From the human T2T-CHM13v2.0 reference genome, Homo sapiens: DNA of 64,000 nucleotides. The notes below the pieces were generated by a model that worked only from the letters and a program-made list of their open reading frames with translations, had not been told where the DNA came from and ran no database searches. The stretch's first letter is position 1. Each line of letters begins with the position of its first letter. This document shows positions 1 through 12,549 of the stretch, in pieces. The stretch lies in the NCBI RefSeq assembly GCF_009914755.1, contig NC_060940.1. One strand, written 5' to 3'. The position numbers were made by a program, and so were the translations under genes.

Positions 1-1439
1 AATGATTTCCCCAGTGTCTCTTCTGTCTTTACAAAATGAAATTGGTTCCCATAAGTGTATTCATTTTCCTATTATTAGGAACAATCACTTAGAATGATGT
101 TTTTACTATTATAAGAATGATCACATATTCTGATATGTGTACTTTTTGAAAACAACATCCCTAGAGGAATCGTCTTAACTGAGTGTTTCAAAGTGTTTAA
201 CATAGTGCCTGCTATATATGTGCATGTAAATATATGGACTTTTTTTTAGAGAAGTCACAATTGGAGAATTGAATGCTGGAGAAACACTAGTAAAATGAGA
301 AGAAAATTAGCATGCGTGTCTCTCGGTTAAATGAGCATGCAATGTGGAAAAGGGGGTCACATTAGTTAATTCATTGAATCTCTCAAATCACTCACTGATT
401 AGATACTCTGAATTCAATAAAAGTTTGATTTGAAAATATTTTAATTGGGTGTTACTGGTTGGCTAGAATTGGCTACATAACACAGATGATTCTCACTATT
501 AGATAACATATTATTGTTAAAAAATGATCACACCTTTATTATCTGTGACATTTTGTGATACAGATGTTGCATTTTTATGCAAAATGCAATCAATAATTGT
601 TATAAAATACTATAATGAAATTAGGCTGATTGCTCTATTTGATTTAAAATGTCATATAGTAAAGGTTATTTTCACTCATGAAGATTAAATGCATGTGGCC
701 ATATGTTAGAACAATCTTTTGAATTGAAAATATACTCAGCTGAAAATTGTCTACAAACTCAGAAATATCCAAAGAAAAATAGCTTTCTTTTTTATTTGCC
801 AAAGCATCTTCTCTCAATTAAAATGTCATTATGTTACACTCATGGATGACACTCCATTATGACAAATCTTGTATCAGAAACAGTAAATTATTCTATATAT
901 AAATTTGATGGCATTTTGATATGAAAATGTGTAAAATCTGTCAATACCCCGGAAATGGAACATCAACAAAGAGGATTATTGGTCTACCCAAATAATAATG
1001 TAACCATTCAGAGGATAATGTTTTCCAATCGCAATTACTGCTCTAATTTTAAAGGGGCTATCATTTACAATAATTTGGCAGATTTGGCTCATATTTCTTT
1101 CAGAAGTTCATTTCTTCATTATGCTTCAAAACAATTTATGGTGCATTTATGTTGGGGAAGATAATTTGCTTATTTTACTGTGAGTGGAAATCAGTAATTA
1201 CATACAATCCCATTTTCTCCAGACATAAAGTTAATTCATAGTGGTAATTTTATACAGAATATTAGCTTGCATTAGTTATGATGAAAATGTAACTGTAGTA
1301 AATGCCTCTATTATAACTGAATTTCCTTGGACCTGATGAAAAAAGGAATGTTGACTTAGTAATAACAATTCCATGATGTTGTGGCAAGCCTATGGATCAT
1401 TTGCCCTACTAGCAGTATGTGGGAAATTATTACTGCCAA

Positions 1440-1625
1440 CACTCTGGCTTTGGATACGACTGAGTTTGAATCCAGACTTCTCTATTTCTGTGCTATGCAA
1501 CTTCGAGCAAGTAACATAGCTTGTGCAAGCCTTAATTTTGTCACCTGCAACAGGGAAAGAATTACAATACCTATGTCATAGCGTTCTTGTTAGGGTTAAG
1601 TGAAAAGATACATGAGCAATTTTAG
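1440..1625 (+). mobile_element. MIR SINE relic
   Basis: MIR-core-like sequence (gagtttgaatccagact...gcaagtaac...tttgtcacctgcaacaggg...atacctatgtcatag...gttagggttaagtga). Confidence 0.7.
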
Positions 1626-4169
1626 TTTGTTTCCCAAATTTATGGATATAGCAGTAGTGTTTTGAAAAGGACCTGACAGAAATGCATCAAAATATGTATT
1701 TATCTTCACCCAACCCTGACTAGAAGATCCTTATACTGGAGGAAAGCATACAATAAAAATAAAGGAAGGAAGGATTTTTAATTTCTATACAAATGTTTGT
1801 TGGGATTTTGTTAGGAACTGGACTGCCACATTAATAATGTTTTCCAATTCATTAACATGGAATATCTCTCCAACATTGTCTTTATAAAATTTCTCCAGTC
1901 TTGCAATCTTTTGTATAGTGGCCTTATACATTTTTAATTAAAAGTGATGCTACATGGTTTACAATTTCTTATGCTGTTGTAAATGCCAATTTTATTTGAT
2001 TTGCCAATTGTTCATTGTTAGCGTATGTAAATAACATTGATATATCATCATTGTAGTCTGCGGTGTTCATTAATTCACTTGTTAGCTCTAGTAATTACTT
2101 TAGAATTTCTTTAGGATTTCTATATGTACAGAAATGAACATTTTATGTCTCCTTTCTTTAATCTTTATACTTTTAATGTTTACGTTCTTTATTTTTCTCG
2201 TTCTTATTGCACTGGATAGGACATCCAGAACAATGCTAAGTAGCACTGGTCAGGGCAGCCCATCTTACCTTACTCCTGATGTTAGAAAGAAATGATTTGT
2301 CTTTCAATATTAAGTATGATATTACTTAATTACTAAATTAAGTAGGATTTTCACAAAGGCCCTTATCTAGCTAAGGAAGTTCTCTTGTTTCCCCCTAGTT
2401 TGTTGGGAAATTTTATCATGAATGTAGGTAAAATTTTGTCAATGCTTTTCCTGCATTTGTTGACATAATCATATTATTTTCTCCTTTATTTTGCTAATGT
2501 GGTGAATTACACTGATTGATTCTCAAATGTTAAATGAGTTTTTCATTTAGGGATAAACACAACTTGATCATCATATATTTTCTTCTTTCCTTCTCATATA
2601 TTGTTGCAAATATTTTGTTATTTGTGTCTGAGGATACTGGTTTGAGTTTTTATTTTCTTGTTATGTCCTTGTCTAGTTTACTTATCAAGGTTATGTAGAC
2701 CTTATAAAATGAATTAGAAAGAGTTCCATCCTCCAGTATTTTCCAAAAGACTTTAAGATTGATACTATTTCTTCCATTAACGTTTTCTAGAATTCAGCAG
2801 TGAAGCCATCTATACCTGAAGGTTTCTTTGTGGGAAGAGTGTTAATTACAAAAATACAATAGATTTAGCAAATACAGAGTTATTTTAACTCTCTGTTTCT
2901 TCTTGTGTCTGTCTATTAACTTGTGTTTTTCGAACAATGCGTCTTTTTATATGAGTTGTCAAATTTACAGGCATCAACTTGTTTATAATTATAGTACACG
3001 TATTGATGCTACCTCTTTCTTTTCTGATAACTGTGTTTCTTTTAAATCTTTTTTACCCTTGGTTACTATAGTTATGGGCTACTTAGGTTTATTTGATATT
3101 AATCTATTTTATATTTTGGAGAAGGAGATAATATTTCCATACCACTAATAATTAGTTTCATTGCTTTTCCTCTATGTTTGACTGTTTGTTTCTTTAATTT
3201 TCCCTCTAATCATTATTATTTGCTTTTATTTTTTTTGAGTCAATTACATCATGTTTATGGGTTTTTTTATGATAGATATTTGTATAATTGATTATATGCC
3301 TTTCTTCTCTCCTAATATAAGCAAGCGATGCTACGATTTTTTCTCTAAACACTATGAGAGTGGTACCCTACATATTTTTATATGCTATGTTTTAATTGTC
3401 ATTCAGTTCTAAGTATTTTCTAATTATTTTTAGCTTTTGTTCTAACCATAAGTTATTTATGAGCATGCTGCTTGATTTCCCAATGTTTTGGTATTTTTAT
3501 ACCTCTTTTTTATTTCTAAATTAATTCTGTCTTAGAATACATACTATATGATGTCAAACTTTTGAAATTCAATGAGACTAGTATTATGGTTCAAAATATG
3601 GTTTATCATTGTGAATGTTCCATGTGCTCTTGTGAAGTGTATGTTCATATTGGTTGTACATAGTATTCTATAAATATCAACTAGGTTATTAGTTATATTT
3701 GAAAGGCTAAATCCTTTCTGAGCTTTAGTCTACATTTTCTATCAATTACTGAGTGTGGACATACTGAGTATGTCTTCTTGATGAATTGACCTTTATCATT
3801 ACAAAATGCCTTCTTGTCTCTGATAATAAGCCTTTCCTCTGGAGGTCTACTTTGTTTGATATGCACATAAGTATACCTGCTTTTTCTTACTATTTCCATT
3901 GCTTTCCTTTAACTATTTACTAAAAGAATAAACGGCACCTCTTGTGAACAGTATATAGTTGGGTCTCCCTTTTTTTATTTAACCTGAGAATCTCTGTCTT
4001 TTAATTAGACTTGCATTGAATTTTCATATAACTATTGATATGCTTTTGTTTATGTCTACCATTATGTGATTTTTAAATTTAATATTTCTGTCCCATCTGT
4101 TCTTATTTTATCCTTCTCCTGAATTCTGGGGGGGTTAACTAAGTACTTTGTTTTCCTTGACCTTCATCT

Positions 4170-4345
4170 TTTTGTTTAACTTTTATTTTAAGGGATACAA
4201 GTGCAGTTTTGTTACATAGGTATACTTGTGTCATAGGGGTTTGTTTTATAGATTATTTCACTGCCCAGGTATTAAGCCTAGTACCCATTAGCTGTTTTTC
4301 CTGATCCTCTCCCTCCTCCCACCTTCCACCCTCAAAAAGCCCCCT
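4170..4345 (-). mobile_element. L1PA (about PA13-16) 3' UTR fragment
   Basis: gtgcagttttgttacataggta...cccaggtattaagcctagtacccattag...cctgatcctctccctcctcccacc is a typical older L1PA 3' end. Confidence 0.8.
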
Positions 4346-4760
4346 GACTTTTTCAGTTTTATTTGTTTAACTTTCCACTGCACATCTAGGGATTATAATA
4401 TTCAGTGTTAATATCTACAGTGTACTATGTTGTGAATTTACCACTTCACATATAAGGATTTTAAAATAATAAGCCTCAATTTCCTATCATCTTCCTTTCT
4501 GTTTCAGTTGTTTTCTACTCTATTGCACTTATTATATATCCCAAATACATTGCTGTTATTTTGTTTTAAACAATGACCTTTTAAATATTTTTTTAAATGG
4601 GAAGAGAGCAGTCCACAGTACTTGCACACAAATTCTCAGTTTGCTTTCTCTTCTTTCAATTACGTGAATATGATAGTATCAGATATTACTTTCTTTTAGG
4701 CTGAAAAACTTACTTTAGCATTTTTTTAACTTCCTGTTTATTGGTTCCAAATTATGTCAG

Positions 4761-5109
<349 letters not shown>

Positions 5110-5301
5110 TAATGCCATTTTCTATGACCAAAGAACTCAAGAATCATTTTTTATTTTTAGCAATTTAAAATTTGTTAGCTCCTTGCTGCATTATTCTGAT
5201 GAAACATTATCACACATTCTTATCCATGAACCCTAAGGTGTTTTTGTCTTCCTTCATTGAGTTGTTTTACGATTTCATCTCTTTGGTTTTCAGCAATGTA
5301 A

Positions 5302-5646
<345 letters not shown>

Positions 5647-6198
5647 TGTATGTTTATTTATACTGTTTGGGGCTTGTTTTGCTTCTTAAATCTGTAGGTT
5701 AATATTTTTATCAAGTTTGGAGACTTTTTTATTTCCATCTGCCTTTACTTTGAGTTTATGGAAGGTATCTTTTTATACATTATTATATCCATCTTTTCTG
5801 TTGAATCTTTGAACATATTCACATAGCTGCTTTAAGTCACTACTCTGCTAATTCCTACAATAGCATAATGACTCAGTATGTTTCTATTCACTGTTTTCTC
5901 CTGGGTATGTGTTACAAATTTTTAAACTGCACTGTGTGTGTGCTGTGTCCTTTAGAATCTGGATTTCTTTTTCAAGAACCTTCACTTTTGTTCTGTCAAG
6001 CATTTAACTTACTGTTTGATCAGCTTAATTATACTCAGGCTAGTTTTAGGTTTTATTAGGAACCATCTAGAGTTACTCTTATTCTAAGGCTATATCAGCT
6101 CTATTTATAAAGAAAGGCTTTTCTGGGATTTTACTTGAATGACTGGGTGTTCAGTGATATCTCTTTATATGGTTGATTAGAACTCCAATTATTCCCAG

Positions 6199-6990
6199 TG
6201 ATACAGAGGAGGGGGAGCAGGAAAGTGCTGGGTAGAGGAAGGCGTGGTACCTGGCTAGGGCTCCACTCCCGGGCCTGTGCCCACGAACCTAGGTGAGGAC
6301 AGGCACTCCTGCCTTCTTGCCCAAATGTTGCATGTCCCAAGACCACCCTGGCCAGCCACGCCCCCATCCTCTGCCGATGAAAACCCCGAGACCCTAGTAG
6401 GCAGACACACAGGCGGCTGGACTTCAAGAGAAGCACATTAGCAGAGGAACACACGGGCAGCTGGATGTCGAGAGGAACACACCCGCATAAGAGCACACAG
6501 ACATGCCGGCAGGCCATCACCTGGGATCAGGAGGCAGAGTTTAGCCGTGGCTGTCGGGGAAGAGTCAGGTCATGGGGCGTGGTGAAACGATCTCCCTCTG
6601 GCTTCCCCATCTGCTGAGAGCTACTTCCGCTCAATAAAATCTTGCACTCATTCTCCAAGCCCATGTGTGATCAGATTCTTCCAGTACACCAAGGGAAGAA
6701 CCCCGGGTTACAGAAAGCCCTCTGTCCTTGCGATAAGGCAAGGGTCTAATTGAGCTGACTTTAACACAAGACACCTATGGATGGCTAAACTAAAAGAGCA
6801 TCCTGTAACACACGTCCACTGGGGCTTCAGCTGTAATCATTCACCCCGTACACTGCCGTGGTGTCGGAGCCCCACAACCTGCCCGTCTTATTATGCTCCC
6901 CTAGAGGTTTGAGCAGCGGGGCACTGAAGAAGCGAGCCACTCCCCCATCGCATGCCCTGCGAGGGGGACAAGGGAACTTTTCCCATTTCA
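6199..6990 (+). mobile_element. Solo ERV1 LTR, LTR1 family (HUERS-P2 type)
   Basis: TG...CA termini (tgatacagagg...ttcccatttca), 792 bp, GC-rich; AATAAA at 6633-6638; 4-bp TSD ccag/cctg with one mismatch; matches recalled LTR1 consensus. Confidence 0.85.
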
Positions 6991-7713
6991 CCTGCACTAT
7001 TTGACCTTCATTAAAAAAGTTATTTCCTGCCAGTCTTCCCAGAGTCTCACCTTGAAAGTACAAATTAGTATTCAGCAAAGCCTCAGGAAAAGCACTATGC
7101 AGATATTTGTGGCTCTTTCCCTTCCTCACAAATTTCTGCCTGTTTAACAACTCCAAATTCTGATCTCTTTTTTTCCTGCCAGGTGAGACTATTGTTCTCT
7201 GCTTGACCGCTACTCCCCTATGACAAAGTTTGGAAAATGCCTTCAGACAGACAGAATATAGGGTAGATGTTGAGCTTATATCACGTACAGAATTTCCCTT
7301 CTTTCTGTTGTCCAATGACTACAAATAGCTACTTCATAAAATTTATCCATCAGTATAGTAGTTTTATGGTTGGAGTATATGTAGGCTATCCGTAACTGTG
7401 TCTTCACCAGAAATGGAAATCCGTTTTAGTTGTATTTACTTCCCATTAAATTTTGTGGAACCTATTCACCATGTCCAAAGTAATAGCCTTCCTGAGGAAG
7501 TCTCCCTATATTTATAGAAGCAGAAGAAATAGATTACTTGGCCAACATAGATACATTTTCTTACAAGCATCTGTGCAGCAGGTTTGAGATATTTGTATAG
7601 CTTAAAAAAGTACAAAGAATCTTTAGACTTGGTAAAATGAAGCTTCTGTATTGCTAAATGATGTGTCAGGACATATTTAGTGGGTGAGAGACAGATCTGA
7701 GATAAAAACTTTG

Positions 7714-8044
<331 letters not shown>

Positions 8045-8066
8045 TCACTTTCAGAACCTTAATCTT

Positions 8067-8402
<336 letters not shown>

Positions 8403-9729
8403 TTAGGGCTGAAGAATAGTAGGAAATAGCATGGGGTGAAGTTTTTAAAGAATGGTAGTGTCTCAGAGGATTTTGTTTAAATGTATCTCATTTAACACAT
8501 TGCATTGTCTCTCTTAGAGATGGTTAAGAGAATGTTACACCATTTAAATGTCTGATCACAAAAGAAGAAAAGAAAAAACTACTGAAGTTTTCCTAGACTA
8601 TCTGTTGCCCAACAGCCTTTTTCTAGGGGACATTTTGTTCTTGTTAAATGTATACATCATCACATGTACTTACCAAGATATTTGTGAATGCAGAGTCGAG
8701 TCATTTTTTTAACGATCAGTGTGTGCAATGGTAAAAGCGAAAGGTTACTTCAGGACTCTTCATTTGTTCATCCATTTAATATTTTTGAAAGTACTAATGA
8801 GCAATTGGAGTTAATTATCAATTAAAAATAAATGTATCTCTTCAAAAAAAAAAATTGTTCTGAAATCACATGGTCCCATTATAAAATGTTTTCTTGTTCC
8901 CCTTGAGAAGAGCTGATTTACATAATATGTTAACTATCATAGTTTTCTTACATTTAGGTATAAAATTCCCATGCTAGAGTTCTGAATGTGTAACATTAAA
9001 AGGCTTGAAATCCATTTCTTTTTCTTCTTCTTTTTTAAGTTGCTAACTGTGAAGATATAAGAAACAGATTGACACTAACCACTTCAATGTTTTGCTTAAA
9101 AATGGAGCAATGGACTGTGCACAATGCAGCCCATTCATGTTGGCCAAGAACTGATCTCCTCAGGGAGCCAAAGAGGAAACATTTCGCTTTGTATGATTTT
9201 TCACAAATCTTGGACCTGTATTGAATAAATTTTTTGACATGGAAGCCCTTGAAAAATTCCCATGCCCATTATCAGCCCAGTTCTAGCTGCTTCTAATTAT
9301 CTTGCTTAACAATTCGAGGGACTTTTTGTTGTTGTGGTTTCTCACGAGAAACTGCCAAACAAGAAGAGGTGGTTTAGCATGGTGATTTGGCTGGGGAAAC
9401 CGTTTTTGGAATCCTCTGAGTAACTGAAACCAGACTTTACATGTTTGAAAGATGAAAAGATCCCTGCAGCCTTATAGGAGGATGATTGACTCTCTTTCTA
9501 TGTAACTATGAAGGAGTTTACCAAGAGCTTACCTGAAAATAGACTCTACTGTAAACAGACCTCTAAATAGCAGAACTTATGTGACCCAAGCTAAAACTTA
9601 CTAGTATTTTCAAATACTATTCACATCCTTTTCCTAAAAGAAGAAAGGAATGCATGTTTTTGAAAGCCTTACAATGATATTTCTGCCATTAATATGCACC
9701 TATATGAATAAGATCTCAAAACTATAAGT

Positions 9730-9791
9730 AATTTATATTCATAATATAAATTATGAATTTATATTTTGTGAGAATTAGAAATTCTCACAAA
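9730..9791. repeat. Chain of perfect short inverted repeats
   Basis: aatttatatt-cat-aatataaatt-atg-aatttatatt followed by tttgtgagaatt-aga-aattctcacaaa. Confidence 0.9.
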
Positions 9792-10509
9792 TAACTATCT
9801 CATGAAGTTATATCTCCACTTTTTATATAAAAATGATCAATTTCTGAGACATTAAAAAATGTATCTAACTACATGTAGCTAATGGTAGGAGAGAACCTAG
9901 ATTAAAAAAATTTGGTCTATGTGATTTTGACCTGACACACTTCATATTACACATTTTTAATTAGATATCTAAGAAGACAAGAAAGATAACGGCATCCTAA
10001 AACTAGCTCTTTTTCATTCTGCATTGTTTTCCAATGTTATATTCACCTTCACAATCAGGCTCAAAATTTTTAAATGATCATTGTCTTTTCTCCCTAACTT
10101 ATTTTCTTAATCACTTCTGTATTCAATTTCTCTATTTTTTGTCTCTCACAAAATAATCAATGAAATCATCTAATTGTGATACCGTTTTCCTTGAACTCAA
10201 TATTTTGAGAACTCAACATTTTATCCTTGATTTTCTCTGTATTCCCTCTCCTTAAAATATAGTATAGTCCTCCTTACTCTTTGTTAGTAATACTTAATAA
10301 TTTAATTCTAACCACTGCTACTTAACCCTTCATCATTATCTCCAAATCACTCATAAACTTGAACACAGTTTGATGTTTGCTTGTCTTTATGTGCATTTGT
10401 TTCCATTTCATTTCTAGAGTCAACCACAGGCTTCTAGCATGTACATTTTGTATGCAAACAAAAAATACTGTATTCTAAACCCACAAGAGAAAGGGAGAAG
10501 AGAACAAAA

Positions 10510-10750
10510 CATTTTCTGAGGGTCTATTTTACTTAAGACATAGTCTAATTTTTTTTGTTTATTATTTTATTTAATCTCCTAAAATACATCCAAGGTAGAC
10601 ATAAGGACCCTTTTATAAAAATTATGAATGTGTGGCTCTAAAGTATTTAAGTACTTTGTTTATGTCTCTCAAATAATAAAGGGTTGAACCCAATTTTTTT
10701 TAACACCAGTCTCCCTGATTCCAAAACCTGTGCTAATTCTATTTTACCAA
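10510..10750 (-). mobile_element. MIR relic
   Basis: ttatttaatctcct...aaggtag...gttgaaccca...cagtctccctgattccaaaacctgtgct resembles antisense MIR. Confidence 0.55.
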
Positions 10751-11744
10751 AGAGTTTCTTCCAGATTTCTGATTAGTAGACTTTGTATTAATTCAGTTTC
10801 ACAATAATAGAGGGAGTTTACAGAGCCAAATATTTTGACATAGCATACAAATGTGTATTTCTATTAATAAACTCAGGAACTCTGTGAGTATAAATTAAGA
10901 ATATCAGCATTTATTGACAAATTATAATTTGGAAAAAAACACATTCTATAGAAAATGAGGAGTGTGGAAAGTAGATTAAATAATGTAAAATGTGGAACTA
11001 ACATGCATAACTTCAGCGATATAAGTGGACTCATTACCAAAGCAGAAAATATATTCCAAATGGTCTATGTAATTTGTAAAATTACCAGGTATTTCTGCAA
11101 CAAAATTATGACCATATATTCACTGAAATCTCTTTGAGTTCTTAAACCAAATGAAAAAAATATATATAACCTGTAACTTTAAAAGAGATTTGAAGGCACG
11201 TGATGCAGCTTGGGTGATAATTTGAAATCTTCTGTCTGTACTTATTCATTCATCTTTATTTTCTGTGGGTAAACAAGGTTTGCCCACAGAGCTGGCCCAG
11301 TAGGCACACCTAATAACAAAAGGTTATTCTTATAGGAGTGGTTCAGATTAACTTGCAAATCAAAGGGAATTGTTACCACTAGCAAGATGAAATCAGTTTA
11401 CTTATTTAGGTAAAGTTTTTGGAGCTCTGTGTTTATGTCACTAAATAGGTATAGCAATATATTTCACAATGGGAGAATGACAATGTTTAGAGGGAATAAA
11501 CTGTATCTTACCACGCCATGGAAAATAGAAGGATAAAGTTGAAATTTTAGCTGATTTATTTGATATCTTTTTACATAATACATTGTTGTCTCAGTATACT
11601 CACACATTCATTTTTCATTTAGCCAGAATTTTTGCTCTATTTTCTCTATATTTCCCCCCATATCCCAATATTTACTAAAGATATGAACCAGAATTTTATA
11701 TATCTGGTTGTTTAATATAAATTAAATCTTTAAAATGTGATTAC

Positions 11745-11975
11745 TAACAGCTTTATTGAGATGTATTTCATATACCATTGTAGGTGGTAATTCAAATTGT
11801 TTAAGTCAATACTCTTTAGTATATTCACAGAGTTGTACAATCATCAAAATCAATTTTAGAATGTTTCATTACCCCCAAAAGAAATTCTGTCAAACATAAG
11901 ATGACATATCCGAGATGATGTCATAGCTAAGGTAATTGCCTAACCCAAGGTCATAAAGGTTTACTCCTATGTTTT
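11745..11975 (-). mobile_element. L1MB/L1ME 3' end fragment plus short L1 ORF2 piece
   Basis: aacagctttattgagatgta...agtatattcacagagttgtacaatcatc...atttcattacccc-like 3' end; attgcctaacccaaggtcata...tcctatgttttc. Confidence 0.7.
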
Positions 11976-11982
11976 CGATAAC

Positions 11983-12547
11983 ATACATGTGCAGAATGTG
12001 CAGGTTTGTTACATAGGTATACATGTGCCATGGTGGTTTGCTGCACCCATCAACCTGTCATCTAGGTTTTAAGCCTTGCATGCATTAGGTATTTGTCCTA
12101 ATGCTCTCCCACCCCTTGCCCCTCACCCCACAACAGGCCCCAGTGTGTGATGTTCCCCTACCTGTGTCCACATATTCTCATTGTTCAACTCTCACTTAAA
12201 AGTGAGAACATGTGGTGTTTGGTTTTCAGTTCCAGTGTTAGTTTGCTGAGAATGATGGCTTCCAGCTTCATACATTTCCCTGCAATCCTATCATTCTTTT
12301 TGATGGCTGCATAGTATTCCATGGTGTAGATATGCCACATTTTCTTTATCCAGTCTATCATCGATGGGCATTTGGGTTCGTTCCAAGTCTTTACTATTGT
12401 AAATAGTGCTTCAGTAAACATACATGTGCATGTGTCTTTATAGTAGAATAATTTATAATCTTTTAGGTATATATCCAGTAATGGGATTGCTGGGTCAAAT
12501 GGTATTTCTGGTTCTAGGTCTTTGAGGAACCGCCACACTGTCTTCCA
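11983..12547 (-). mobile_element. L1PA (about PA8) 3' fragment, ORF2 C-terminus plus 3' UTR
   Basis: ORF 12185-12538(-) encodes ORF2p C-terminal motifs (EIPFDPAIPLL, WIKKMWHIYTMEYYAAIKK); no poly(A) terminus visible. Confidence 0.93.
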
Positions 12548-12549
12548 TC

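Noticed and set aside
6131-7315. 129-aa and 162-aa minus-strand ORFs
   Set aside because: They overlap the GC-rich LTR1 and old L1 sequence and have no recognisable domain; chance frames.
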